Of a stretch of 64,000 nt of DNA, positions 17,220 through 38,986 are shown piece after piece. The notes beneath the pieces were generated by a model. It was not told the DNA's origin, ran no database searches, and worked only from the letters and a program-made list of their open reading frames with translations. Source of the DNA: the human T2T-CHM13v2.0 reference genome, Homo sapiens; the NCBI RefSeq assembly GCF_009914755.1, contig NC_060943.1. One strand, written 5' to 3'. Made by a program: the position numbers and the translations under genes. The first letter of the stretch is position 1, and each line of letters begins with the position of its first letter.

Positions 17220-18279
17220 ACCCATGTATTCTTGATTGAAAAACTTTGCTTATGTCTTAGTTCTACAGCTGACCCTCTTTCACTGTTTTCAAGGTCAATA
17301 GCTGTGTGTTCACACTTCTGTGTTTTATAAATGTTACTGTGATTTTCTTGTAAGGAAAAATTAAAATTTGGGAATCAATGGCATCAGAACCTTGCAAATG
17401 AAGTTTCTTTAGCCCAGGCATATGAAAGATGCTTCTCTAATTTTCAAGGATAGGGGTGATGAAGACCAACCCTTCCCATTAGCATTTCCAGGCCCCAATG
17501 TAAGAAGAATTCAGGCACACATTTTCACTCATCTCAGACATTCTCAGGGTAGCTTGGTGAAAATTTCTCTTTCTCTGAGCCCCAGTGAGCCTCCCTGCAA
17601 CTAGGAGATGAGGGGCTAGACCAGAAAAGCTCAACCTGAATGACCCTGGTCCCTGAAATGATTGGCAAAATAGAGTACGTGTCTGGGTATGGCTTTTCTC
17701 ATGGGAGAGGGGAGTGCCCAGTTGTAATTAGAATTTTAAATGGGATGCAGTACCCCAAAAATAAAAAAGAATAAAAAAATGCAAAAGAATGGAAGAAACA
17801 GAGTTGTAGACTCAGACACAGAGACCATCTTCGAGGCCTTTCTCTGTATGAGGACATCACAGCAAAATCTAAAGCAGGTCACGTCAGTCCCTGGCAGGGA
17901 ACCCTCCACCAGCTTCCCGTGTTCCCCAGGACAAAAGGCCAACTCCTCACTGTGGCTCCACAGCCCTGTGACCAGGGCCCCTGCCAGTGTCCAGCCTCCT
18001 CCTGGGAGCTTGCCCTCATCTTATGACTCCCTCTGCCCCAGTCACATTTGCTTTTCTCTTTTCCCAAACATCAAAACCCTTCCTGTCTCTGGTCATTGTC
18101 CCTCCTCTTACTCTATGTCCCTAAATGATCACGGCACTGTCCCTTTCTCCTCCTTCAGGTCTAGGCTCAGAGCTGTCTCCCATGCCCTCCCACCCCCATC
18201 TGATGTTCCCTCTGCCCGTCAGTCTCTATCACGTTACTCAGGTTCTATTATCTCTGCATCAATCACATCAGGAATGCTT

Positions 18280-19056
18280 TTTGTTTTTTTTTGTTTTTTT
18301 TTTTTTTTTGAGAGACAGAATCTCACTCTATTGCCCAGGCTGTGAGTGCAGTCTTGTGATCTTGGCTCACTGCAACCTCTGTTTCCTGGGTTCAAGTGAT
18401 TCTTGTGCCTCAGCCTCCCAAGTAGCTGAGAGTACAGGTGTGTGCCACCACACCCAGCTAATTATTGTATTTTTATTTTTATTTTATTTTATTTTATTTT
18501 ATTTTTGAGTCTCACATTGTCACCCAGGCTGGAGTGCAGTGGCATGATCTTGGCTCACTGCAACTGCCACCTCCTGGGTACAAGTGATTCTCCTGCCTCA
18601 GCCTCCTGAGTAGCTGGGATTACAGACACCCACCAAGCCCAGTTGCTTTTTATATTTTTAGTAGACATGGGGTTTCACCATGTTGGCCAGGCTGGTCTCT
18701 GACTTCTGACCTCAAGTAATGCACCCTCCTTGGCCTTCCAGAGTGCTAGTATTACAGGCACGAGTCACCGTGCCCGGCTCAATTTTTGTATTTTTAGTAG
18801 AGACAGGGTTTCACCATGTTGGCCAGGCTGGTCTTGAACTCCTGAGCTCAAGCGATCCTCACACCTCAGCCTCCTAAGTAACTGGGACCACAGACACACA
18901 GATGTGCACAACCATGCCTGGCTAAGTTTTTGTATTTTTGGTAGAGATGGGGTTTCACCATGTTGCCCAGGCTGGTCTCAAACCTGAGCTCAAGAGATCT
19001 ACGCACCTCGGCCTCCCAGAGTGCTGGGATGACAGGCATGAGCCACCGCACCCAGC
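18280..19056 (-). mobile_element. Nested/tandem minus-strand Alu cluster
   Basis: About three reverse Alus, one inserted in another's linker. Confidence 0.8.
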
Positions 19057-19392
19057 CTTTGCATGAGGTTTGGTCAGGCCTGGGTCTGTGCCCTAAAGGG
19101 GAGCTCATCCCACCCCAGCTCCCCACTGCTGCAGCGTGTGTGTGGGCTTCTCCGGGAGGGGAGTGGGAGTTTTCCTGTAGGAGTTTATTGTCCCTGGTGT
19201 GGTCGGCAGCATAGGGGACCGTATTTCCTCAGGATGAGGTCTCCTTTGTATGTGTTGTTGTGTTACAGGGAGGGGATGTGTTGATTCTGAGCAATAAACA
19301 ACATATTTCTAACATTCAGGATTGACTTCTAAAGACTCTTGGTATGTGAGGAAGAAACCTGGAAGAGGAAGAGGAAAGCAAAGGAGTCAGGG

Positions 19393-19407
19393 ATGGCTCT
19401 TCCTCAG
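19393..19407 (+). CDS. ZNF813: ZNF813 exon 2 coding part (exon 19320-19407), MALPQ
   Basis: Acceptor CATTCAG|G at 19319/20; GGG ATG GCT CTT CCT CAG|GTGAGA. Confidence 0.92.
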
Positions 19408-20159
19408 GTGAGATGATATTTTTGGTGGATTGTTCTGTCTCCTTCCCCTCAGAAATGCTGGGCCTTGGAGTTGGGAATCTTCTCTGAGTCTGAAGCATCC
19501 TGCCTGACAGGTTTGCTCACATTCACCCATGCCTTCCCTCAGTCCCTCTTTTCTCACTTAGATTCCATCTCTTGTGACCGAGTGACATGAACTTGGGAAG
19601 AGGCCGCACTGGGCATGGTCCTGGGAAGGGCTCACACCCAGACATGGATGGAGACGGGGTGAGGGTCCCATGGTGTCAGTGCTGTTGGGCAGCAGGGATT
19701 GTTCAGTGGCCACATGTGGATGCTCTCTCAGCTCTCTGTGGACTAGGATTAGAGCAGCTGCCAATGGAAGTCACATATTCATGTGCACAAAGTACGTGGT
19801 AAATTCTAGAAAAGGCAACCAATATGGGGAAATGTTTTCTGCCTGATTTTATAGTACATTTTTAGTTTTTTGAGTGAGTTACTGTGTTTCTGACTCCAAA
19901 AATCTTAGTAATTAGAATGGAAAGTTCATACAGACATGAATGATAGAAGATGTTTTATCCCATCATTACTTTAAGAATAGGAAATCAACCTGAATCATAG
20001 CAGGAGATTCATTCAACCATTCTTAGCACATTACGCTCATGGAGACTGTGGGGTTACTGTGGAGAGGCTTGTGAAACAGGTGTTTTCAGGAAAATGGTTA
20101 TAATTTGTATTGTCATTATTATTAAATTATGATAATATTATTGTATTTTAAATATATGA

Positions 20160-20318
<159 letters not shown>

Positions 20319-21112
20319 TAGTGACGGGTATCACCATGTTGGCCAGGCTGGTCTCAAACTGCTGATCTCAGGTGATCTGCCCACCTCAGTCTCCCAGAGT
20401 GCTGGGATTACAGGTGCGAGGCACCGTGCCCAGCCCCACCAATTATTATTAAATACATATTTTTATATTTAACCATCACATGATGTATATATTTGTTTTG
20501 TGGTAAAACTCCAAGCAAAGCTGCAGCTTAGACTTTTTGCTATAAAGCATCTCCTTTCCCTGTCACGTCTTCCACCCTCCTTCCAGCCTCACTGGGGAGC
20601 CGCTACTGTCAGTTCGGTGTCAGGTGTCAGAGCAAGTCTCATACACGTGTATTTCTGCATCACTATGAGACTTAAAAAAAATTCTGCTGTAAATTAAAAA
20701 AAAATACTTTTTTGCAAAAATTAGCTGAGCACACCTGCATTACTACAGATATCTGAAGATTCCTCCAGGTCAGGCAGTTGAAAGGGTGATTGCTTCCTCT
20801 AGGATGGGGCATTTCCTGTTTTCTTAGATCTGAGAGGATTCCACCCTGCCCCCAACTGCCAATGTGTCCTTTTCCAGCAAGATGAGATCCCTCTTCAGTT
20901 CAACAAAACTTGCTACTTTTTATATTTGTAAAAACTTTATATACACACTCACATATACAATATACACACACATATACATCTCCATACATATACACACACA
21001 CAAATGTATATAGTTTGAACAACTTTTACAGTTTGAAAATCTGGGGAAAATGACAACCCTTTGTATTAACATCTAGTTTTTTGTGAGTCTCTGTAGGTTT
21101 CATTATTTTGTT

Positions 21113-21250
21113 GACATATATGTATGCCATGACATATATACATGTATGTCATGACATGTATGTCATGATATATACATGTATGTCATGATATATATCATGA
21201 TATATACATGCATGTCGTGATATATACATGTATGTCATGACATATATACA
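21113..21250. repeat. Self-complementary ~20-bp minisatellite (CATGTATGTCATGATATATA)n
   Basis: About 7 degenerate units made of CATG/TATA palindromes. Confidence 0.8.
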
Positions 21251-21367
21251 CATACACACACAATGGATTTTCATACTTTGAGAAATCTAGTTTTCATGTA
21301 TTTTCTTTTATTTTAAGACTGGGTCTCACCGTATTGCCCAGGCTGGAGCACAGTGGCGTGATCTTAG

Positions 21368-21664
<297 letters not shown>

Positions 21665-21928
21665 TGATCTTTCACTGTGGACGTTGTCATCTCTGAAGGC
21701 ATCACCCATACTCTGTCTCATCTAGATACTGAATGTCACTTGCTGTGTCAATAAAAGTTTCTGGGCCGGGCGCGGTGGATCACGCATGTAATTCCAGCAC
21801 TTTGAGAGGCTGAGGCAGGCAGATCACAAGGTCACAAGTTTGAGGCCAATATTGTGAAAACCCGTTTCTACTAAAAATACAAAAATTAACTGGCCGTGGT
21901 GGTGCGTGCCTGTAATATCAGCTACTCA

Positions 21929-22108
<180 letters not shown>

Positions 22109-22203
22109 TCAGAACATTCACTGCAATTAAATCCATGCTTTCCCCTCTCTCCTCTTCTCATTTTCTGTGAAGATAAGAACTCCTCCCATAACAATTTCCT
22201 TAA

Positions 22204-22482
<279 letters not shown>

Positions 22483-23283
22483 TGAATTCCTGGGCTCAAG
22501 TGATTGTCCCACCTCAGCCTCCCCCGGTAGCTGGTACAGGTGCATGTGACCATGTCCGGCTACTTTTTTAGTTTTTTATTTATTTATTTTTTTTTTAGAG
22601 AATGTTCTTACTGCGTTGTTGAAGTTGGTCTTGATCTCCTGGGCTCAAGAGATCCTCCTCAGCCTCCTGAGTAACTGGGATTACAGGCACCAACCCCCAT
22701 AACTAATTATTGGCTTTTACTTTTAAAATTTTTGCATATGTATGTCCTTAAGGCCAATATGAGTCTTCTGTAGAAAACATGTAGTTGGTTCCTGTTGATT
22801 CAGCCAGTCTTTGCCTTCTGAGTGCAGAGTTAAATATTTACATTTGAAGTATTACTGATGGAGAAGACCTTACCATTGCATTTCTGTTACATATTATCTG
22901 TATTGTAGATTTTTTTTGTTCTTCATTTCTCATTTACTACTTTTTGTGTTTAATTGCTTTTTTGTGTAGACATGCTTTGACTCCCTTCTTATTTACTTTT
23001 TTTGTTTGTTTGTTTATGATGGAGTCTCACTCTGTCGCCAAGGCTACAGTTCAGTGGTGCGATCTTGGGTCACCGCAACTGGCTCTGCCTCTCCAGCTCA
23101 ACCGATCCTTGTGCCCCAGTGGCTCATGCCTGTAATCCCAGCACGTAGAGAGGCCAAGGCAGGCAAATCACTTGAGGTCAGGAGTTCAAAACCAGTCTGG
23201 CTAACATGGCAAAACTCCATCTCTACTAAAAATACAAAAATTAGCCGGACACTGTGGTGGGCATCTGTAAGCCCTGCTACTCA

Positions 23284-23451
<168 letters not shown>

Positions 23452-23637
23452 TTATTTATGTCAGAATTATTTGTGTATGTTGCATTTTCATCAACATATA
23501 TGTATATTGTGTTTTCATGCTTTTTTTCTTTTAAATAATAGAAAAAAAGTTGAATTATGAAGAAAAGGTACACTTACAACAGTTTCTGTATCTGTACTTT
23601 TATTTGCCTATTCATTTATTTATTTATTTGTTGGTGA

Positions 23638-23853
<216 letters not shown>

Positions 23854-24619
23854 TGATCCATCAACCTCAGCCTCCGAAACTGCTGCGATTACAGGTGTGA
23901 ACCACCGCGCCCTGCCTGTCTGTCTTTTAATTTACCTTTACTGGAGAACTTTATATATATTTGTGGGTTGGAGTGACTCTTTAGACTTCTTTCATTTCCT
24001 TTTTTTTCTTTTTTTTTTTTGAGATGGAGTCTTGGTCTGTTGTCCAGGCTGGAGTGCAGTGGCATGATCTTGGCTAACTGCAACCTCTGCTTACTGGGTT
24101 CAAGTGATTTTCCTGCCTCAGTCCCCCAAGTAGATGGGACTACAGGCACATGTCACCACACCCGGCTAATTTTTTGTATTTTTTTTTTTTTTGTAGAGGT
24201 GGAGGCAGGATTTCATGGTGTTAGCCAGGATGGTCTCGATCTGACCTCGTGATCCTCCTGCCTCAGCCTGCCAAAGTGCTGGGATTACAGGCGTGAGCCA
24301 CCGCGCCCAGCCGTTAGTCAATTCTTATTCCTTATAATGCTGTGTATATTTTTGACCTCATAAATTAGCATGTAGTGATCTTAACATGTATTTCAGTTCT
24401 TATATTGTGTTCTGGTGGTATATAGAAGTTGTGGCTTTTTTCTTAACAGGGAATTGTTTAGAATTCTGCAGGTTGTATAAATGTACTTGTTATTTGCTTG
24501 CTAGTTTTATGAGTTACAATATTTTACTAACTAATTTTTATGATTGTACATAAAGCTTTTCGGTATGTGGTATGCAATATAACTGACACAGTCCACTAGT
24601 TAATGTCATTTTTTTTTGA

Positions 24620-24901
<282 letters not shown>

Positions 24902-25265
24902 TAATGTCACATTAACTGGGGCACTGTGGCTCGTGCCTGTAGTCCCAGGACTTTGGGAAGCTGAGGCGGGTGGATCATTGAGGTCAAAAGTTCGACCCCA
25001 GCCTGGCCAACATGGTGAAACCCTCTATCTACTAAAAATACAAAAATTAGCCAAGCATGCTGGCATGTGCCTATTATCCCAGGTACTCAGGAGGCTGAGG
25101 CAAGAGAATGGCTTGAACCCAAAAGGTGGAGGTTGCAGTGAGCCAAGATTGGGCCATAGCACTCCAGCCTGTTGTGACAAAGTGAAACTTCATCTCGAAA
25201 ATAAAAAAATACAAAAATTTTTAAAAGAACGTCATAACGTGCCTTTTCTGCATAGGTATAGGTAA

Positions 25266-25520
<255 letters not shown>

Positions 25521-25849
25521 TGATTTTGGTTATCCTTACATGAGCTTGTTGTGGATTATTTACCAATATGGTATATCATGTGGTCCTTTAGCATTTATTT
25601 GTATACAGCAAATATGCTGTAAATATGAAGAATATATACTTTTCATTGGTGTGACGGTGATATGTTTTTTGCAAACTGTTAGACACTTTACGGTCACAGT
25701 GGAAAAATACTCCTTACTTTAGGCTTATACACATTTGTGCACTGTCAGTGTTTTGTCGTGATATTGGAAATAGGGTTCCGTAGAGATGATTTGAAGCACA
25801 TGTAATAGCCCTTTATCTAATAAAGAATCTTACGCTTTTGTGTTCCTAA

Positions 25850-28660
<2,811 letters not shown>

Positions 28661-28829
28661 ATCAAGCAGTAATTGACATTAAAGTGTTTATGTTAAGAGG
28701 ATTGGGCCAGGTACAGTGTCTCACACCTGTAATCCCAGCACTTTGGGAGGCCAAGGCGGGTAGATCACTTGAGGTCAGGAGTTTCAGATCAGTCTGGCCA
28801 ACAAACATGAGCCACTTTTCCCAGTTTGC

Positions 28830-29770
28830 TTTTTGTTCTTTAACAAAAACTGATAGGGATTTTTATGGGTACCGTGTTGAATCTAAATCACATTGGGTTA
28901 TATAATCATTTAACAATATTAATTTTTCCAATCCATCAATATGGGTTATATGTCTGTATATGTTTTTAATCATATTGATGTATATTTGTAGATTTCAAGG
29001 TACAAACTTCTCACCTTTTTACTTTTATTTCTATTTCTTTAAGTTCTCTAGCAAATGGAAGTGTTTTTAAATTTTCTTTTAAAATTGTTTATTGTTACAA
29101 ACTTCTCATCTTTTTGCTTTTATTCCTAAGTATTTCTTACTTTAAGTTCTCTAGCAAATGGAAGTGTTTTTAAATTTTCTTTTAAAATTGTTTATTGTTA
29201 ATGTATGGAAATTCAGCTAATTTTTGGTGCTGATATTGTACTGTGCAGATACACTGAATCTGTTTATTACTTCCAGTAGTATTTTGGTTGAGTCTTTGTG
29301 ATTTTCTACACAGAAGATCATGTCATCTACAAACACATATAATTTTACTTCTTTCTTTCTGATTTGGATGGGTTTGATTTCTTTTGCTATTTCATTGCTC
29401 TGGCTAGGACAGCCAGTATTTATTGAATAGAAGGGGTGAGAGCATTCTTCCATCACGTGAGATCCTACAGGAAAATCATTCCATGTTCCCTGCTTCGTTA
29501 TCTACTCGTTGGTCATTTCATGGATGGCCTTTCTATTGTTGAGGTAAATTTCCTTTTCTGTCTATTTTGTTCAGAATTTCTATGATGAGTGGATTTTGAA
29601 TTTTGTGAAATACTTTTTCTCCATCTATTGAGATGATGTGGTTTTCATCTTTCATTCTGTTCAAGTGGCATATCACATTGATTTGCTTGACTATGTTGAA
29701 CCATCCTTGCATCCCAGAAATAAGTGGCACTTGAGTATCTACAGTCCTTTTTACATCCTCTTGAATACAG
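28830..29770 (-). mobile_element. Old L1M ORF2 fragment with internal ~100-bp tandem duplication (29001-29200)
   Basis: GMQGWFNI...INVI.HLNRMKD.NH.IISID and KKEVKL..FVDDMI motifs. Confidence 0.8.
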
Positions 29771-29780
29771 CTTTTTAGTA

Positions 29781-31196
<1,416 letters not shown>

Positions 31197-31430
31197 CAGG
31201 AGTTTGAGAACAGGCTGATTAACATGGTGAAACCCCGTCTCTACTAAAAATACAAAAATTAGCTGGGTGTGGTGGCGGGTGCTTGTAATCCCAGTTACTC
31301 AGGAGGCTGAGGCTGCATTATCGCTTTAACCTGGGGGGCGGAGGTTGCAGTGAGCCAAGATGGGGGCAATAAGAGCAAAACTTTGTCTCAAAAAAAAATA
31401 AATAAATAAAAAATAAAATATGTCAAGCCC

Positions 31431-31838
31431 CTTCTCTTCCTGTCTCCTCTCGTGGTGTGTACTTGACTCCCCTTCTCGCCAGATCTCACAGGACTTTCAG
31501 ATTTAAGCAATACCTGGCCAAGAAACAAAAGCAAAATCATTCCATTCCCCCAGTGGATTCAGATCAAAACTGGTAATAAAATCAGGTACGACTCCAAAAG
31601 GAGACATTGGAGAAGAACGAAGCGGGGTCTATAAGGAATTGCACGTGAGATGGCACACATATTTATGCTGTGTGAGCATTACAATCGCGTTACCATATCA
31701 AGCTGAAAATGTCACCACTATCTGGAGTGTTGGAAATGTTTTATTGGGAATATGTTTTTTCTCTGAATCTGCTATGAACACGTCAGTTGGGTGGGTTCAG
31801 TAATAAATATGTGAGACTTTTCATTTCAAAATAAAAAA
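31431..31838 (+). pseudogene. Processed RPL39 pseudogene supplying the probable ZNF813 poly(A) site
   Basis: RPL39 5' UTR (TCGTGGTGTGT.CTTGACTCC), [17 protein letters not shown] / [28 protein letters not shown] (stop 31634), ATG lost, +1 C insertion, AATAAA 31802. Confidence 0.9.
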
Positions 31839-32118
31839 GGCAAATGATGTAATTGCATAGAGTACCTTAATTTCTGTTTTGCTTTTTTTTTTTTTTTTTT
31901 TTTTTGAGATCAAGACTCCACTGGGTCAGCTGATCACACCTGTGGTCCTCGCACTTTGGGAGGCTGAGATGGGAGGATTGCTTGAGACCAGGAGTCTCCT
32001 GGGAATGTTCTCATCTCCCCTAACCCAATTCATGAGAGACCCTTGGACTTTACTGTTATGGAAAAATCTATATTAAGCAATATCAGTGTGTCAAAGCATT
32101 ATGTCTGTCACAAGCTCG

Positions 32119-32603
<485 letters not shown>

Positions 32604-32713
32604 CTACGTGGAGAACAAAATATGAGTTTCTACTCGGTCCTCAGGTGCCTTCCCAGAGATGCCCCCAAATTTTCCTACAGCAGTGGGGATGTAGGATGGA
32701 CTGACCCTCCCCA

Positions 32714-32715
<2 letters not shown>

Positions 32716-32762
<47 letters not shown>
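32716..32762. repeat. (CA)~23 microsatellite
   Basis: Direct reading. Confidence 0.97.
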
Positions 32763-32763
<1 letters not shown>

Positions 32764-33240
32764 CCTGGGGAAAAGCCCATATAAAGCAGTTCCCATTTCC
32801 CTCCACAAACTGCGGGCTCCCAGTGAAAACTACCTTAGACTTTCTTGCAAATCCCATTCTTGTCTGGCCTTCTACGGGATGACAGGGGCCTAGAGAAGGC
32901 AGTACTGGGTGGAGTTACCTGGGTGCGCATTTGTCGGGATGTGGCATTTTATGGCTATTCTAAGGTCTGTTATCAGTTGTCTGTCTTGGGGAGAATGTGC
33001 AGTCGCCATGGTCCAATAATCCTCTATCCAAGGACCACACAGGTCACCGCAGGCGCTCAATCAGTGTGATCCACATGGTGTGATGTGTGCTCTGGCAGGG
33101 CACAGACGGACACACTCAGCTCTGTCAATGTGTAAACAGGGAGTGTTGCAATGACATGGTTTATTCACAGTCACCATGGAATCTGATGTGGCATTTTAAA
33201 AAATGCGTAGATCTGTTGCAACTGGTATGAAAACATCACT

Positions 33241-34198
33241 TGTGGGGAAAAGAAAGAGAGATCAGACTGTTACTGTGTCTATGTAGAAAGAAGTAGACAT
33301 AAGAGACTCCATTTTGTTCTGTACTAAGAGAAATTCTTCTGCCTTGAGATGCTGTGAATCTGTAACCCTAGCCCCAACCCTGTGCTGGCAGAGACATGTG
33401 CTGTGTTGACTCAAGATTTAATGGATTTAGGGCTGTGCAGGATGTGCTTTGTTAAAAAGTGCTTGAAGGCAGTATGCTTGGTAAAAGTCATCACCATTCT
33501 CTAAACTCAAGTATCCAGGGACACAAACACTGCAGAAGGCCGCAGGGACCTCTGCCCAGAAAAGCCAGGTATTGTCCAAGGTTTCTCCCCATGTGATAGC
33601 CTGAGATATGGCCTCGTGGGAAGGGAAAGACCTGACCATCCCCCAGCCCGACACCCGTAAAGGGTCTGTGCTGAGGAGGATTAGTGAAAGAGGAAGGCCT
33701 CTTTGCAGTTGAGATAAGAGGAAGGCATCTGTCTCCTGCTCCTCCTGGGAATAGACTGTCTTGGTGTAAAACCCAATTGTATATTATATTTACTGAGATA
33801 GGAGAAAACCGCCTTAGGGCTGGAGGTGAGACATGCTGGCAGCAATACTGCTCTCTATTACACCGAGATGTTTGTGTGCGTACACATGAAGGCACAGCAC
33901 CTTTCCTTAAACTTATTTATGACACAGAGACCTTTGCTCACATGTTTTCCTGCTGACCTTCTCCCCACTATTACCCTATTGTCCTGCCACATCCCCTCTC
34001 CCAGATGGTAGAGATAATGATCAATACTGAGGGAACTCAGAGACCAGTGCTGGCGGGTGCTCCATATGCTGAGCGCCGGTCCACTGGGCCCACTGTTCTT
34101 TCTCTATACTTTGTCTCCGTCTCTTATTTATTTTCTCAGTCTCTCGTCCCACCTGACAAGAAACACCCACAGGTGTGGAGGGGCAGGCCACCCCTTCA
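33241..34198 (+). mobile_element. HERV-K(HML-2) solo LTR, LTR5A/B type
   Basis: TGTGGGGAAAAGAAAGAGAGATCAGACTG...CCCCTTCA; 958 bp; TSD TCACT. Confidence 0.94.
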
Positions 34199-34208
34199 TC
34201 ACTGATTG

Positions 34209-36292
<2,084 letters not shown>

Positions 36293-36964
36293 ATATCTGG
36301 ACTTCTTATATACCTCCTTCTACTGCGGACTCTACCTGTCAAACTGAAATAGAAAATACTCACCTGACCCACCCCTCTGTCTGGATGGTGAGCTCAGTGT
36401 GCTGGTCATGCCAGTCAGCATTATATGAGAGGGCAGCAGCCAGGCTGCTAGATATGGGCTTGTGATTCTGTGACCTCACCTGCTGTCACAACCGCAATGA
36501 TCATTTTACCTGTCACAGCTGTGACAGTGCAGTCCTGGGAAGCTATTCTTTTTTAAAAACTTCATTTCCCTGTTGTAATTACCAAGAAAACGTTTACTAA
36601 TTCCTAGATAGCATCTCCAAAGGGATTTTGGAGTGTCTGGGGAGATTCTTTCTTCTTGATCCCTGGAGGCAGAGAGGGTCTCACAAGAAGGAAGCAGGAA
36701 ATACTGAGCTCTGGTACATCAGGGACTGAACGCACACCAGGTATGACTCAGTGGATTCTCTGAATCCCTGAGAAGTCTTTCCACCCAAAGTAGATTTCCT
36801 TATAATATTTAGACCTTTGATCTTTTAAGTTATATGCAGATAAATGGAATCAGGCAAAGTACCTAAGAAGGATTTTGAGAGATAAAAAAAAAAAAGTAAA
36901 AGGAAGAACATGAAGCCATTAGTTCACATTAGAAATTTTGGAACTCACCACTCTGTCTTCCAGA

Positions 36965-37522
36965 AAATAGACCTAAAGACAGATATACCATTTGACCCAG
37001 CAATCCCATTACTGGATATATACCTAAAGGAATATAAATTGTTCTATTATAAAGACACATGCATGTGTATGTTCGTTGCAGCACTATTCACAATAGCAAA
37101 CATGAAGTCAACCAAAATGCCCATCACTGGTGGACTGGATAAAGAAAATGTGGTACCTATACACCATGGAATACTATGCAGCCACAAAAAAGAACAAGAT
37201 CATGTCCTTTGCAGGGACACGGATGGAGCTGGAGGCCATTTTCCTTAGCAAAGTAACACAGGAACACAAACCCAAATGCCACATTCTCATTTGTAAGTGG
37301 GAGGTAAATGATGAGAAGAGAGATGCATAGAGGGGAACAACATTGGAGGACCAATTGGAGGGTGCAGGGTGAAAGAAGGGAGAGGATCAGGGAATATGAC
37401 TAATGGGTACTAGAATTAATACATGGGTGATTAAATGATCTATACAACAAACTCCCATGACACACGTTTACCTATGTAACCAACCTGCACATGTACCCCT
37501 GAATTTAAAAGTCTTTTAAAAA
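36965..37522 (+). mobile_element. L1PA/PB 3' end
   Basis: PFDPAIPLL..Y.KEYK, DWIKKMWY.YTMEYYAA, L1 3' UTR AACCTGCACATGTACCCC. Confidence 0.88.
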
Positions 37523-38094
37523 TGAAGGAAATCTCACTTAATCTCCAAATCTACCATTTCAATTTATCAAATGCACAAGATCCCATGGCTTACAGATTTA
37601 ATTTTCCATATATATTCTATATTAACACCTTTGACAAATCTCAACACTTACTATTTTAGTTAATTTATATACTCATTAATTTATGAGTATATGAACTGAA
37701 AAGAATGATAATTTCTACCCGACTCTATTTTATGATCCTTTAGTATGTCACATTACGTAGTTAGGACATGATATCAGATTGTCCATTAATTCCTGTGGTA
37801 GGTGCCATCGTACTTTCTTTCCTGGTGTAAAAAGAAGTAAGTCTCTGTGGCTATCCTGATATGGGGTCAATCTTTTTAAATCTAATTTAGTCGTGAGGCA
37901 GATTCCTATAATTTTATACTCCAATCAGTGTATCTACATTTTATCAAGGTCTTTAAAGATTTATTCATAATTGCTATCAGTCTATGGGCTAATATTTTAT
38001 ACATCAATGGAAACTGGTCAAAACCAAAATTATAAAATTAAATGTCACCTGCGTAAAATATAGAGACAAGGTATAAAATAGAAATTAAATATGT

Positions 38095-38394
<300 letters not shown>

Positions 38395-38986
38395 GAAATT
38401 AAATATGTATGTTCATTATTGGAAGAACCCCGCTAACTGGCTTTGACAGTAGAGCATGGTGGTTAATGCACTCTGAAATCAGCCCAGACAAGATCAGTCC
38501 CTATTCTACTCCAAACACGGTGTGAATTTACACAAATCATGTCACCTCTCTGTGCTTGAGTCCTCTTTGTCTTTATAATGGTGGTACCTGGCTCATAGAT
38601 TATGAAGAATATGGAGGTGAATACATGTCTGTTCTTCATAGCAAAGAGCAATTCATTGCAAATACACTTAAAATGGGACACATCCAAATATGGCAAACTC
38701 TTCATACTAGAAAGTAACTTTATTAAGTATTTCTATTGCATTTCAGCTGACTTTATTTTTTATTTTTATTTTTTATGTTTTGAGACAGGGTCTCACTTTG
38801 TCATCCAGCCTGGTGTGCAGTGGCGGGATCTCGGCTCACTGCAGCCTCAATCTCCTGGGCTCAAGGGATCCTCCTACCTCAGCCCCCACCAAGTACCAGC
38901 TGCCTTTTAAATGTCGCTCATGCATCACGTTCCCTGCAGGATCCTGTGTCTCTGAAGATAAGTAGCAGCCTGTGGGAACTGACAGA

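Noticed and set aside
17740-18345. 201-aa ORF in intron 1
   Set aside because: Low-complexity S/P-rich, ends in an Alu, no recognisable domain
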